From: Paramoeba atlantica
Taxonomy: Eukaryota > Protista > Discosea
Direction of reading: 5' to 3'
DNA length: 64,000 bases
NCBI GenBank assembly: GCA_977017575.1
Contig: CDRNVI010000189.1
Coordinates: 37,247 to 101,246, forward strand
A program made the translations under genes and the position numbers. Positions 1-13,288 of this stretch are shown here, in pieces (the stretch's first letter is position 1; each line of letters begins with the position of its first letter). Under the pieces are notes generated by a model. That model was not told the DNA's origin. It saw nothing but the letters and a program-made list of their open reading frames with translations, and made no database searches.

Positions 1-3000
1 ATGTTTTTCTCTCATATTCAAAATGACTGATTTTCCAGCAGATGTGTCACGTGACTCATCTGCAAATTCAAAAAACTCAGCAGAATCAGTAAATCCTTCG
101 GCGCAATTGCTTGAGACAATAAAACGATAGTTCATCAAACGACTTCCCAAACTCACAGCATCAACTCGAGAATTACAGATTGGAACATTTACACAGAGCC
201 AATCAATGAGATCAAAGGCTGCAAATCGAATCATTTTCTTTTGTTTTCCTTTTGAGTCAGATTCATGGAGTCCGAATCTAAAGAGAGGTCGAAAAGTGAG
301 TGAGTCTTTTTGAAAATAGTGAAAAGAAAAAGGAAAAAAGAAAAGAAAAGAAAAGAAAAGAAAAACGTTGAGATCCCCTTCTCAGGGTTTTTCAAATCTT
401 CCACAATCTTCTCCAAATCCAAATAACCCAACATCTCCACAGGCCGCTGGTCTTGTTTTGGTTCCCCCAACAAGGCCAACACGCTCTCCAACTCTGCTCT
501 CAATTTTTTCTTCTTCTTTGGCAAAAGGTCTAAAACATTATAATTTACAATATAAAGGTGTAATAAATGATACGAGTGTTTTTGAACAGGGATCCGTTCC
601 GGGGTAAATGGCTGTCGAATGCTATGTTTTGATGAAACTTGTTCATAAAAGTTGATCATTTTTGGCTTCATTTCGAGAATGTATGAATTACAACATTTCA
701 TGTATCCTTCTTTGTCTCCAAACTCGACTAGTGATGCGAGATTTTGAATTAACTAGATGGAAAAGATTAAGTTTTAAAAATTTTAAAAAACCATTCAAAA
801 CAAAAAACAATGAAAAACAGATAAATAAAAAATGATAAATAAAAAAAAATTTACCTTCGCAATCAAAACAAGAAATCTTCGTAAACTATCAGAAGGAGGA
901 TTCGCCCTCAATCCAGGAAGAGTCTCAGGAGTTGCAAGAGCAGGACACAAAAACCTCAAAAATAAAAATCCACTCAAAACATTATGTATTCCCGCAGAAA
1001 AAGCACGTATTACAAATCGTTTCAGATATGCACAAATTTGGAGAATTGGGACTGGGATGCTTGGTACAGATGCAAATACTAAAAAGAGGAGTCTTGTCGT
1101 CCAGTTTAAGAGAAAGGAGATATGGGTGGATAAGTTTGCAGGGTCTTCTTGGAAAGAAAGAATGAATTTTTCTACCTGGAAATTTTATGGGATTAAAAAA
1201 CATCGCGTTTTGAAAAAAATAAAAATAAAAATAAAAATAAAAATAAAAATAAAAATAAAAATAAAAATAAAAATAAAAATAAAAATAAAAATAAAACAAG
1301 ATCAAAAAAAGAATCAAAAAAAAAATCAAAACCCCTGCTTCTGCAGATTCAATTTCACAAAAAAAATGTTGCAAAATATGAATTAAATAATCTTTCCCCA
1401 CTTGATTGGCAAACAAACTCAAAGTCTTGATCACTAAAGTTTGTCCTCTGAATAAAAGATCCATTGACTGTGTCCCAATAATTTCTATAAAAAGAGTATT
1501 TTAATAAAAAACCCAATTCCCCTTTTTCTCTTTCTTTCTCTTTCTTTCATCTCTCTTCTCTTTAAACAAAAAAAAACCTTTCCAAAGAAGACATTTGAAA
1601 AACTCGATCACTTTCTCATTCCACATTAGGACAGCCAAAAGAGGATTTGCAAGTGAACTCGCATCCTCAAAAGTGACCTGAAATTAAAGATCAGAAAAAA
1701 AACCTTTTCCAAAAAAGAAAAAAGGGAAATAAAAATCGTAGAACAAATAACAATTTCAAAAAACAAAAAACAAAAAACAAAAAACAAAAAACAAAAAACA
1801 AAAAAAACAAAAAAACAAAAAAACAAAAAAACAAAAAAAAAAAACAAAAAAACAAAAAAACAAAAAAACAAAAAAAAAAAAAAAAAACAAACCACATGAC
1901 AAAGATGTTCCAAAACAGAAAAACGATGACCCACCAACAACTTCTCCAAAGACAAATATTGTCGAAAAGAATCATCCCCCTCAAAAGTAATATGAAAATA
2001 TAAAAGCCCTCTCTCTCTCCCATTCTTTCCTTTCTCTCCCTCTCTCTCTCCCTTCTCCTTCTCTCCCTTTCCTCCCTTTCCTCCTTTCCCTTCTCTTTTC
2101 TGATCTTTTGTTGGAAGAAGAATTTCTGATGATGATCCTTTTGTGAGTAAGAGAGCTCCTTCATTTTGTTCTATTTTGTAAGATTCAGAAAGAAGGAAAG
2201 AGAAGATTTGTTTGAAAATAAGAAAGTTGAAAAATGAAGTTTAAAAGAAAAGATCAGAAAGAAGATTTTTAGAAAAGAAAAAAGAGAAAGGAAAAAAACC
2301 AGGGCAAATCTCCAATACTTCTCTCTTAATATCACCACTTTCCAACTCCGAAATTGGCAAAGAATAAGAAGCAAGATGATAATCTTTCTTCTTTTTCTTA
2401 TCCACTTCATATAAATTGATTATTACAGTTGATCTTAAATCTGTCACCAAACTATTCGAAAGAAATGTTTTAATTTTACTTTTTTTCAGAAATTTTCTTT
2501 GTTCTTTTGGTTCTCTTTTCAAGAAGACCTTCATTTAATAAAGATAAAAGAAAGACAAACAAGCAAAATTGTTCATTCCACTGAGCAACAGGACCTGGTT
2601 TGTTAGTTGTGATGTATTCTTTATCCTCAAAATGGATTGTCGAATAATAAAACATTGAGCCTTTTTAATAAAAATAAATAAAAAGAATAAAAATATAAAA
2701 TTAAATCACAATCATACCAAGATCAGAGCCTCCCAAAAGAGCAACAAACAATCTCCCCTTACTCTCCATAGCCCACACAACTTGTTCAACCTAAAAAAAT
2801 AAAACATCAGTAAAAAAAACCCTTCTCTTTAGAAAGAAACCAAACCAAACAAAACAAAACAAAACAAAACAAAACAAAACAAAACAAAACAAAACAAAAC
2901 AAAACAAAACAAAACAACAAGGCAACAAAAATCAAAACAAAAATCAAAACAAAACAACCACAAACAACCAAACAAAGAACAAAACCTGCTCTTTTAAAAT

Positions 3001-6000
3001 ATTTTTATGTGGTGGTTCACAAATCTCATCTTCAATCCAATCATTAAGAGAATCATCAGAATGAGATTCATCATCAAATTCTTCATCCTCATTGTGAATC
3101 AAATCTTTGAGTTTTGTCCCAAACTTTCTACTTTTGGTCTGTGAAAAAAATCAGATTGTCAGGAAATTGAAAATGTTTTATGGAATGGGCAATTGATAAA
3201 CTAAATGAAAAAGAGCCTATGACTTTTTTTTGAATAAACAATTAAGAAAAAATTGAATTATTTCGTAAAAAAAAGAAATCAAACACAAACCCGACTCTTT
3301 TTTGCAAGAAAACTGCTCAAAATATTCTGAAACTTCTGAATTAAATAAAAATAATCCAACGTTGTTGTTAAATCGTCACTCTCTACCGAATCCAACAAAG
3401 CCAATTTATATTTCGCCAAAAAATCGACCAATTCTGTTTTCCATGACGCATCAAGAAAAGATCTACAGAGAGGAACAAAAGAATAAGTAAACAAAAGATG
3501 TGACTTGAGAGAAAAAAGAAAAGAAAAAAAAGGGGGGGAAACCTGGGTCCTTCTTCTCCACCTTCCCAGACACCTCTTCCTGCTTCAACCAAATCCCTCC
3601 CAATGTGGACCACCTAAGTTTGTGATTCCATCAATTTCAAAAAAAAAAGGAGAGTTGAAGAGAAAAGAAGAGAAAAGAAAAGAAAAGAAAGAGAGAAAAA
3701 AAAACTAGATCCAAAAAAAAATAAATAAATAAATAAAAAACCTGTTCACAAAACCCATCAAACAACCCAAAACAATCCCTCAAAACCTCATTAACAACTG
3801 AATTATTGGCTTCACGAAACTCAGTCTTACAACAAAGCTTCATCAACAATCTGCCAATCAACTTTAATCCATTTCGACTCCCACTTTCTTCTTCAATTGA
3901 ATATGTTGCCACCATTGGAATAAAATATCGTAAAAAAATAACAGCACCAACAGCCCAATGTGACAACGGTGTCCGCTCAACCCTCTCAGCAACTGAATTT
4001 TGTCTCACAACTTCAACACATCGATAACAAATGACACAAAGTCCACGTGGCAAATTCTCTGCAGCCTCTAATAATTTACTCACAACTCTTTGTAGTGAAT
4101 TTTTTAGCTGTTTCGTTTTGGGTTCAATCTCATCAATCTCTCGATTTAAAATCAAGTCACATTTTGATTTTGTCAACTTCAATCCTAACTTCAAAAGCGG
4201 TTGTAACAAAGCCATTCCTGGTCCTCGAAATGGCTCCAACAAATGTTTCAACAAACACACGCTTGGGCTTGTTTCCCTCATCAACAACGCAACTTTTTTA
4301 TGTGACTCCAATTCGGAACGAAGCTCAACAAAAAAGAATCCTTCTGGATCACCATGAAGATCAAGTAATACGGCCATTAAAAAGGTCAATCGGAGCGGAG
4401 ACGCTGGAATTCCAATTAAGGTTACCAAGAAGGTCCGGGCCAATAAGTGGCTATGTGAACGGAGGATGAGAGAGAGTTGTACAACTTCTAAAACCCAAAA
4501 CGAATCAGTTTTGTTAAAAAAAAAAAAAAGTTGGAACAACTTTTCTTGCTGTTTTTTGAAGAGGTTTTTTGGTTTTTTGAAAAAAATCTTTCAAAAAATG
4601 GAAGAAAAAAAACCTTGTTTTTGAAGAGTTGAATTCGAAGTTCGTTGGCTTAACTTCACTTTTTTAATCCCAGAGGAAGAATTTGACCTTGCCCTGGTCA
4701 ACAAACCACTACTCAGCGTCTTTGAAGAAGAATACTTTGGCAAAGAAAGCTGTGGGCACTCTTTTCGAAAAGAATGTTTTAGATCTGAAATTCTTTCCAA
4801 CGCCACTTCCATTTCCTCGCTCTTCAAATCATCCAAACCCATGACGTATTTTCTCATCACATACCCATGAATAAGAAGAATCTTTCCAAAAGAAGTAACA
4901 GATTCTCGATCATCTCTCTCAGGAATTTGGCCTTCTGGTTCTTGGTAATGTTTCCCAAACTCCATAAAACATTCCATTTGAAGCTCCCGATTTTCTTCCT
5001 CCAACTCGCATAAACTAACTAAAAATAAATCAAGAAACTGATGACCTTCCGCGACACTTTGATTGGCAAACTTCATATTTTCTTCTTCAAAAGTTGTCCC
5101 ACTTGCTAAAGCTTCGACCATCTTCGCAACAAATTGAAGCAATCTCTTCATCGGCTGATTTGTTGCCAAATGAAGTTCGTCAGTTGAAGTGAGAGTTGGG
5201 CAAAGAAAGTCCAAAAAGAAGAAGCGAATGATTACTTTCTTAGCGAAAGTCTCTCCAAATTTCTTGGTCATCAAGACAGTCAGACAAGAACAAAAATTAA
5301 CTAATTGAGGGGGGAGAGTATCCACAGACCCAACAAGCATCTTTAAAAACAACCGAAAAGCACTCTCAATGCTTTGGCAAGTCGCAATCTGAACGCCCTC
5401 TTGCTCTCCAGCATGAATTAAATCTTTAATTTCGTTCAGTTGAGAGACTTGTGCATATAAAAACGACCCAACGATTGGTCGGAGATAACGAGTTCCGAAA
5501 AAATAGATGAACTTTTTGATGAAGAGAGACCCCGGTGAGTTTGGTAAGAAGAGGTTATCTTCTGTTTTGCACTCCACTTCATACTCCGATACAGCTTTTT
5601 TTTGCAACAAAAAAAGAAGGGGGAAAAAGGGGGGGAAAAGGTGAGAAAAGGTGTCAAAAAAAAAATTAAAATAATATTTCTAAACCTGTCACCCCAATGC
5701 TTGCGAGACCATACATGGAACAAACTCCATAAAAATAAGCAACAGTTTCATTTAGAGTTGAACCATGATCAATTTCGAAAAATGAGCGCATTGCGACAGG
5801 ACAAAGTAAGAAGAGATTCAAAGACTTTTCAAGAGAGGAAACAGCAGAAATTTCCGAATCAATGACCACGGCTGGTGGGAAACCAACCTAAAAAATAACA
5901 CACATAATTAAAAATAATCAGAAAAAAAAAGTTTTTCCACCCCCAAGAGAGAAACTAAAAAAATAAATCCTAAGAAAAAAGAAGAAACCTTATGAGGTTC

Positions 6001-7653
6001 AGAAATAGACACTCGCTTCTCCTGATGCCAACGAAGAGGAAGCAAATCAGACGGATTTGATGAAAAAGATTTGAAATGATCAAGACTTGGGTCACTTAGT
6101 GTGGCGATTCGATTAGTATCAGCTCGAACTGTCTCTAATGGACTCATTTTTCTTCTCAATTTTGGGCCAGTGGAGCTTCGATTTCGTTGGATAATTACAT
6201 CAGGGTCGGACGAGATTTCAATTGGAGCGCTAAAAAATAAAAGAGAGAGAGATGAGAAAAAAAAAATAAAAGGAACAAAAAATAAAAACACAAAAAACCA
6301 CGAATTTTCGATATCAAGTAAACTCTCTCTCAGTTGATCAAGAGTTTCAGTCCCAAAAATTGCTGCCTTCCCTTCTTTCGCTTTTGCAGTAATTGTGTCC
6401 TTCATCAAATCATATTTTTGTGTCAAAATTCGAAGAAAATAACTCACCAACTCCCTTAAGCGACAAAAATTTTGTGGTCCTCTCTTTCGGTCAAAGACTA
6501 GATCTCGATCCATCATCCCGAATTGGATCCGACAAGTTTGTAAAATTTCTGATTGCTCTGGAGTGAGTTCTTGAGAACCAAAATCTTTGAGAGCAATTTG
6601 AAAATATGGCTGGCATTCCAATAAAACATCGTTTGTTTTTTTCATATCCTCACTTTCAAACCATTCCCCCATGGCTAATCGACGAAGTAAGTAAGCCATG
6701 ATAGAACTCAAGTATTCAAAGGCAGGAGCAACATCAACAAAAAAGTAGGAAGGTTTTGCGAGAGCTGGAGCCAAAAAACGGGCAAAGAAACGAGCCAAAA
6801 AGACATGAGGAGGGGTTTTAGAGAATTTGTTGGACATTCTTTTCGTCAAAATCGAAAATATCATTTCTTGTTCAGGAGATATGAGCTGTACTGACCCGGT
6901 CAGGAGTTTAATAAAGACGAAAAACAATTCCCCAAGCTTTTTTCGAAATTCTGGAGATTGTGATTCGAAGGTTCCTGGTCGAACACGCCCAAGATCTTGT
7001 TGGAGAAGAGCTTTAAAAACGGTCGATAAAAGTGCAGAATAATAGTTTGCCCCAGCTCGGAGATTGAAAGAATCAAGAAAATTGGCAACAGCTGAGGAAC
7101 TGGTGAAAAATTCTTTGTCATCATCCATAATTCGGATCTCGTGATCAATGAGCCCTGTGAGAGGGGAGGGAATCACAAAAATGAGAGAGAGAGAGAGAGA
7201 AAGAAAGAGATATTTGTGAAAATCAAAAAGAGGAAATGTTGATTTTGTTTGTTTTTTTTTTGAGAAAAAGAAGAAAAAAAAGTGAAGGAAGTGTTACCTA
7301 ATAAAGCTTCTTGTGTACAATTCATCTTTGCACAAAATTGATAAAAAAGGATTGGGAGTGTGTCAGGATTGAGATCGGCAGTGTGTGTTAAGAAAGAAGA
7401 GAGTGTCAGAGGGGTTGTGACAAAACGGCAGAGAGAACTTTGGAGTTGAATCACACCTTGTGGTGAGATGTTGCTGTTTGTTGTGGAAAATGAGAAGGAA
7501 TCCTCACTTGTGGAAAAGAGTTCGTCACTTGACTTCTTTTTGGAGAGCTGTGGGAAGAAAAAAAGAAAAAATTAATGTCAAAAAAAAAAATCAAAAAAAG
7601 AGATAAATTTTTACCTCATCTTTATCTTTGTAGTAGATACTATCAAAACTCAT
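1..7653 (-). CDS. Multi-exon protein: three degenerate RasGAP-like domains, C2, canonical RasGAP, DEP; 3' end runs off the window
   Basis: Exons can be joined in frame by GT-AG introns from an ATG at 7653 (MSFDSIYYKDKDE|LSKKK). GAP-like blocks: ~6500-7100 (FFARFLAP), ~4990-5560 (FFLDFLCP), ~3745-4330 (LMRET, IFLRYFIP). C2 at ~2380-2660 (PVAQWNEQF). Canonical RasGAP at ~620-1560 (LLFRGQT, SGFLFLRFLCPAL). DEP at ~60-290 (FAAFDLIDWLC..SRVDAVSLG..FTDSAEFFEF). The start codon is tentative. Confidence 0.75.
1215..1296. repeat. (AAAATA)n microsatellite in an intron
   Basis: Perfect hexamer run; produces the spurious KIKIKI/YFYFYF ORF segments. Confidence 0.95.
2847..2915. repeat. (AAAAC)n microsatellite in an intron
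   Basis: Direct pentamer run seen in the sequence. Confidence 0.9.
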
Positions 7654-8203
7654 TTGGGAAAAGAATTTGTGCTCCAAGCACAAACCCAATCAACTATTGA
7701 AGAGAGGAGGGAAAACCAAAAATAGAAAAGGCGGATCAGGAAGAAAGACAAACACAAAAAAGAACAGGTTGTTGAGTGTTTTGTGTGTTTTTGTGTTTTG
7801 GTTGTTTTGTGTTTTGGTTGTTTTGTGTTGTTGTGTTGTTGTGTTGTTGTGTTGTTGTGTTTTGGTTGTATTATGATTTGGGTGTTTTGTGTTTTGTGTT
7901 TTCCCTTCCGGCTGAAAAACACAAATAGAAGGAGAAAAAATCAACAAAAAAAAAGGTTTTTCGCACCAAAAAAAGCAACCGAAAAAATTCGATTTGCTTT
8001 TTTTGTCTTTTTTGGTTTTCCCACTCTTTGAAAGTCGAGACTTCGTTACAAACAAAAACTGTTTGAGAAACAGTTCAAAAGCAAAAGGGGATTGGTTTGT
8101 CCATGGCACAACTTTCAAGAGGATTTTTTTTTTTTTTTGAAAAAGATTCCTCGACTTTTTGTTTTCTTCTCTGGTTTGTTTTTTTTGTTAGTTTGTTCTT
8201 AGT

Positions 8204-9223
8204 TTATTTGAGATAACGAGAGGTAAAGGGCCATTTGACAACACGAGATTGAATTGCACTTTCATACACAGCATCAGATTGAGAAGAGGGGTCAGAAGCA
8301 GATTCTTCAGAGGAAGATCGATTGAATTGGACGTGTTCTAGAGACTTCTTCCACCCGTGTTTCGCAACATAAGCATCAAAAGCATCTCCGTCAAGTTTCA
8401 AAAAAGATTGGAGGGTGTTCTTCTCAATGGTTTCATAAGTAATAACGATTTGATTTGAAATGTCTATTTGTCATCATTTTCAGAGATTCTCTCAAAACAA
8501 AAAAAACATTTGTCTCTCTTTTCTTACTTTTCAAAAAAAAAAGATTTTCAGAAATTGAATAAAAAAACACAAACACTTTCGAATAGAATCATAAAAGCCA
8601 GAGACAGAGCTGAGAAGAGAGGAAATTTTATCGAGTTCTTCCCAGACTAAATGAAATCGAGCAGTTCTCAATAACTCAGCAACACGAAATAAACTTGGGA
8701 ATGGTCCTTCTCCATGCTTGGGGGGGGTGGAGTTCGATAAGTTCATCGAAAATAAGAAAGGAGGGAGAGAAAAAAAGATTTCAAAAAAAAAAGAAGCGAT
8801 TTTCAAACACAAACCAAAGGTTGTGGAATAAGATAAACACAAAGTTGAAAATCATTTGCAGGAAATTGCATCAAAGAGAGAGCCAAAATCAAAGCAATCA
8901 AATCATTTTGTCTTTGTTCGGGATGAACTTGGTACAACTTTAATAAAAGGAGATTGGCTTCCAAATGATAAAGTTGTTCTTCAGCTATAGAATAGATAAT
9001 TCTATGTTAAAAAAAAAAAACTCTTTTCCAAAAAAGAGTGTCTCTCTCCTCTTTCACAAAAAACCACCAAACAACCAACAAAAAAAAGCAGCCAACAAAA
9101 AAAAAACAACAACAAACCCTCAACTTTGACAAAAGATTGGAGAGAAGGAATTGCATCAAGCCCTTCTTGACCAAGTCGATACTTGGTCTCTGAAACAAGT
9201 TTACCAATCTTTGCCAGCGCCAT
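8204..9223 (-). CDS. EIF3K: Eukaryotic translation initiation factor 3 subunit K (multi-exon)
   Basis: Spliced product contains YHLEANLLLLKLYQ, PANDFQLC, LLRTARFHLVWEEL, GFYDSIRK, ITYETI and YVAKHGW, colinear with eIF3k motifs (YDLEANLAVLKLYQ, LPHTDFTLC, GFEDSVRK, ITYQHI, KYGW). Confidence 0.9.
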
Positions 9224-9501
9224 CTCTTCTTCCTTTGTACAAGAAACCGCCGAACGAGAAAACAGACGACAAACTTGATACTTTTCGGGAAAAGGATTTT
9301 GGAGTCTTTTTGATTTTTTAAAAAATATTTTTTTAATTGAAATTCGCATACAAAATTGGAAAGAACAATATTTTAAAAAAATTGGCTCGACTTTTTTTTC
9401 GTTTTCTTGCTTGTTTCGGAGAAGGGAGGAAAAAGGGTTGGCGTTGTCGAGGTTTTATCTCAAGACAAAAAGGAATCTCTTTATTCATTTTGTCGAAAAA
9501 G

Positions 9502-10626
9502 ATGAAAGATGAAGATCGAATTTATAAGTATGGTATGAAAAAGATCGAAGAACAAAAAAGAGAAAAATGTCAACACAAGACCGTTTATTCTCATGAAAAT
9601 TTGGCGAGTTATATCAACAGTCTCTGCTGTGATCACTCCGTCGTTGCTTTTTCTCCAACCCACATCATCTCTTCTTCACCATCGTCACCATCTTCCTCCT
9701 CTTCTTCACCTCTTTTATCTCCAACGAAATTACCTTCTCAACCATCGGAAAAACGAATCATCTTTGAAATTCGAGAACCAAGAGGAGAAGTTGATTATCC
9801 AGCAAATTATCCTCAGAAGACAACCACACCAGTCGTCAAAGAACTTCGAAAAGTATTGCCTCATTACCAACACAAACCAAACCGAAAGTTTGTTGATTTA
9901 ATCAATGGTCATTGTGAAACAGTTGCAATTGCCTTCTCAGAGAGGGTCCTTTTATCTCTCAACCATCGACAAGATGACGATCTTCCATCCGCGCAACAAA
10001 CTCGAAAGAGGAAAAGAGGAAAAGAAGAAGAAAAAGAAGAAGAAGAAGAAGAAGATATTCTTCAAAGAACATACTCAGAAGTATCTCAAACCTTGAAGCG
10101 TTCTTCGGTTCCTCAACAACTCTCTTTCCTTTTCACTCCAGAATCCAGAGGCAGAAACACCGAAACGAACAAGGGAAAATCAAAGTGTCGCCAATATCAG
10201 ATGTGGGAACCTCTCCTCCCTTCTGTCTTGAAAGAAAATCTCTCCGAAGAAGAGAAACAGTTTCCTCATTTTCTCCGCTCCTTTTTTGCAGGACTTTCAC
10301 AAACAAAACTAGACAATTTGGAGGAGATTATTCGGACAGCCAAAGAGAATATCTTCGCTCTCCCCTTGTATGTTGCTAATTACATCTGGGATGGAGATGA
10401 ACTCACTGAAATACAGATGAAAGATACAAAACACGAAACAGCAATGTATTCAGTTCACTGTATTGGTCTTGTGGTTGACAAGAAAAATGGTGAGCTTTAT
10501 CTTGCTGATCCAAATGGTCCTCTCATACCGGGTGCTTCAATGGAATTTTTCCAAATCCCTTTTGAGCCCCTTCCTCCCTCTGAATGGTCTACTTCGATCT
10601 CTCAGTATGATCGTGATCATCAATGA
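9502..10626 (+). CDS. Intronless hypothetical protein (~374 aa), possible papain-like Cys-His-Asp hydrolase
   Basis: Long ORF; the likely start is ATG 9502, head-to-head with eIF3k. Motifs NGHCETVA, HCIGLVVD and LYLADPNG. The fold call is inference. Confidence 0.6.
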   Translation: MKDEDRIYKYGMKKIEEQKREKCQHKTVYSHENLASYINSLCCDHSVVAFSPTHIISSSPSSPSSSSSSPLLSPTKLPSQPSEKRIIFEIREPRGEVDYPANYPQKTTTPVVKELRKVLPHYQHKPNRKFVDLINGHCETVAIAFSERVLLSLNHRQDDDLPSAQQTRKRKRGKEEEKEEEEEEDILQRTYSEVSQTLKRSSVPQQLSFLFTPESRGRNTETNKGKSKCRQYQMWEPLLPSVLKENLSEEEKQFPHFLRSFFAGLSQTKLDNLEEIIRTAKENIFALPLYVANYIWDGDELTEIQMKDTKHETAMYSVHCIGLVVDKKNGELYLADPNGPLIPGASMEFFQIPFEPLPPSEWSTSISQYDRDHQ

Positions 10627-10800
10627 AAAAAAAAAAAAAAAGGATGAAAAGACACACCCAAGTCAAAAAATAAAAAATAAGAATCAAAAAAATAAAAGAA
10701 AATGTGAGGAGAGATTTCATTCCTCTTTTGTTTGCATCTCTCAGCAGAAGGGTTTTTTTTTTGGTATCAAAAAAGTTTATTTTTGGAAGAGTGTTTTTTT

Positions 10801-12830
10801 TTAAAATTTGTTGAAACCGACTGAGGAAAATGTTCGACCTGTCCCTAATTTCAAGCAATTGAATAATCTTTCACTTCAAAAAAAAAAAAGGAGAAAGAGA
10901 GAAGAAGGGGAAAAAAAGAAAGAGAGGGATGAGAGAAAAAAGGGATGAGAGAAAAAAGGGATGAGAGAAAAAAGGGATGAAAGAAAAAAGAAAAAAAAAA
11001 GAAAAAAAAAGTTCCAAAACCTCCTGCATCTTTAGAAAACAATCGCCCACAAGTAGGATTCGAAAATGAATGGGAAACAGCGAATTCTAGCAACAATTTC
11101 ATATAAGGAACTTCTCTTCGAGAATGATCTGGGAGCACACCAACATGAGCAATTTCCACTTCGCCAGGATTTGAGCGATTTAATTCGATAAAGCCTGCAG
11201 GACACCCATTGACATTCAAGACACCGAAAAAGATATTAGGGTCACTTAAAATGGCTCCAAGTTCGTTATCGAGCATGTTTGAACGTGCGTTCCATCCTTT
11301 GACAGCGCCAATTGTATTATATAAATAACGATAGAATGAGATAGTTGGACTGGCTTGACCAATCGACAATTGAACAGCACCATTGGGGGAGATAGGAATC
11401 GAAACGTCATATGGAGCAGAAAAGAGCTCAAAGTTGGTCCCTTCTTCACCATCAGCCTCTTCACCATCATCACCAAAACCAGCCATACGATCTTCTTGAT
11501 TATCGGCTTTTCCACGCCATTCTTCCAAGGTTTCTTTCATCTGATTACCAACATCAAGCATCTTCTTTTCATCCGCTGTTGATTCCTCTTTTGAAACACA
11601 CGCTTTAATCCAAGGATGTTCAAGAGCTTGTTTGGCAGTGTATCGCGCATCAGGGTTGACAACGAGAAGATGATCAATAAAGTCTTTGGCAGAATCAGTA
11701 ATGTGCTCCCAATAATCTTCTTCATACTCATAAATTCCAGATTGAATCATATCGAGAAGATCTCGAATATCGGGTGAAGCAAATGGAGGGTACCCACAGA
11801 GCAGAATATACGTAATCACTCCAATGGACCATAAATCAGCTTGTTTCCAATAACCCATTCCTTGGAGAACTTCTGGTGCGACATAATTTGGAGATCCAAC
11901 AACTGTTTGAATCAACGTATTTGAACCAACAACTTTTGCCAAACCAAAATCACAAATTCGAATATCTAAATCGTCGTTCTCTTTGTACAAGAGCAAGTTT
12001 TCTGGTTTTAAGTCACGGTGAACGATTTTGCGATCATGAAGATAGTCAATTCCAGATAAAATTCGTTTAATCAGTTCTGCGGCGTATCGCTCTGAATAAG
12101 CCCCCTTGTTCAAAATTCGTTCAAATAGTTCTCCTCCTACTGCGATCTCTGTAACAATATAGAGATTATCTTCGTCCTCGTACACTCCTTTCAGTTTGAT
12201 GATACTTTCGTGATCGATTGTTTTAAGTACTTCTACTTCCGTTTGTAAGCTCTTTGGTGAGACTTCTTTTCCAACTTGACTCTTGTCGATGACCTTGACC
12301 GCAACTACTTCGCTCTTCTCTTTTGCTGTTCCTCGGTAGACCTAGAAATTTTTTTCGGGAAGAAATTGGGGAAAAAAAAGGAGAAAATTTTAATTAATTG
12401 ATGAAAAAAAAATTAAATTTTGAGCGAGATTCAAGGAAAAAAAAACAATCCTCTCTTCAAAATACGACCCAAAAACTCAAGAGAGAAAAAACTCATTGAA
12501 AAAACTCAAAAAAACAGAGAGAGCGAAGGGAGGGGAGGGGAAGGATGAGAGGAGAGAGAGAGAGAGAGAGAATGATGATTCAAAAAAAAATGAAACCTTC
12601 GCAAAGGCACCAGTCCCAAGAAGATCAGCTTCAGACCAAGTAAAGTGTTCTTTTACGTTTGAAGAACAACCATCAAGAAGCATAACCTTCTTGTCCCCGC
12701 CCTTTTGATCCGAGATCAAGTCAATTCTCCTCTTCCTTCTCTGTCCAGAAGACTTCTTCGTTCCCTTCTCCTTCTTCTCTTTCTTTTCTTTAGTTGTCTT
12801 TTTTGTCTTTTTTGTCTTCTTCTCGTCCAT
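10801..12830 (-). CDS. CaMK-family Ser/Thr kinase fused to a C-terminal GNAT acetyltransferase-like domain
   Basis: LGTGAFAKV|YRG, VAVKVIDK, HRDLKPEN, DFG, YVAPE and DLWSIGV are all intact. The same ORF continues into FYRYLYNTIG..W..R..LDNEL, GFIEL and EVEIAHVGVLP. A short last exon GTGRTFSSVGFNKF* ends at 10801. Confidence 0.88.
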
Positions 12831-13288
12831 GGTGAGAGATTATTATTAGTTCTATGTGTTCTTTTTTGTTTGTTTGTTGTTTGTTGTTTTTGTTTTTGTT
12901 TTCTTGTGTTTTTAAAACTTTTTTTCTCTCTCTTTTTTACACTTCACCTCCGGGTTTTTCTCCCTTTCCATTAAATTAGCCCCAATTTCGTTTTAATGGG
13001 CCGAATTAGGAGCAAACAACTTCTTTTTCAAACATCCGAAAAGACTCGAAACACTTTTTTGGAGGTAAGATTTTGTTTCTGAGAAATTGTTGGCCCGAGA
13101 AATCGGATTGAGCGTTGAGCGAGATGAAAATTTTATTATTCTTGTCAAGAAAAATTGAAAAGAAATTCTTTTCCTCTCTTTGTTTTTTTTAAGAGATTTT
13201 TAAAAACCTCTCTTGATGAAAATCAGTCGACTCCTCTTCGTTCACACATAAGAAAAGGTCAACCGTTTGTTTTTTTGCAACATCATTT

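Noticed and set aside
832-1955. ORFs with KIKIKI, YFYFYF or poly-F/C runs
   Set aside because: They are translations of intronic microsatellites and homopolymers.
9337-9501. N-terminal 55 codons of ORF 9337..10626
   Set aside because: Begins at a non-ATG codon in the eIF3k promoter region; ATG 9502 is the more plausible start.
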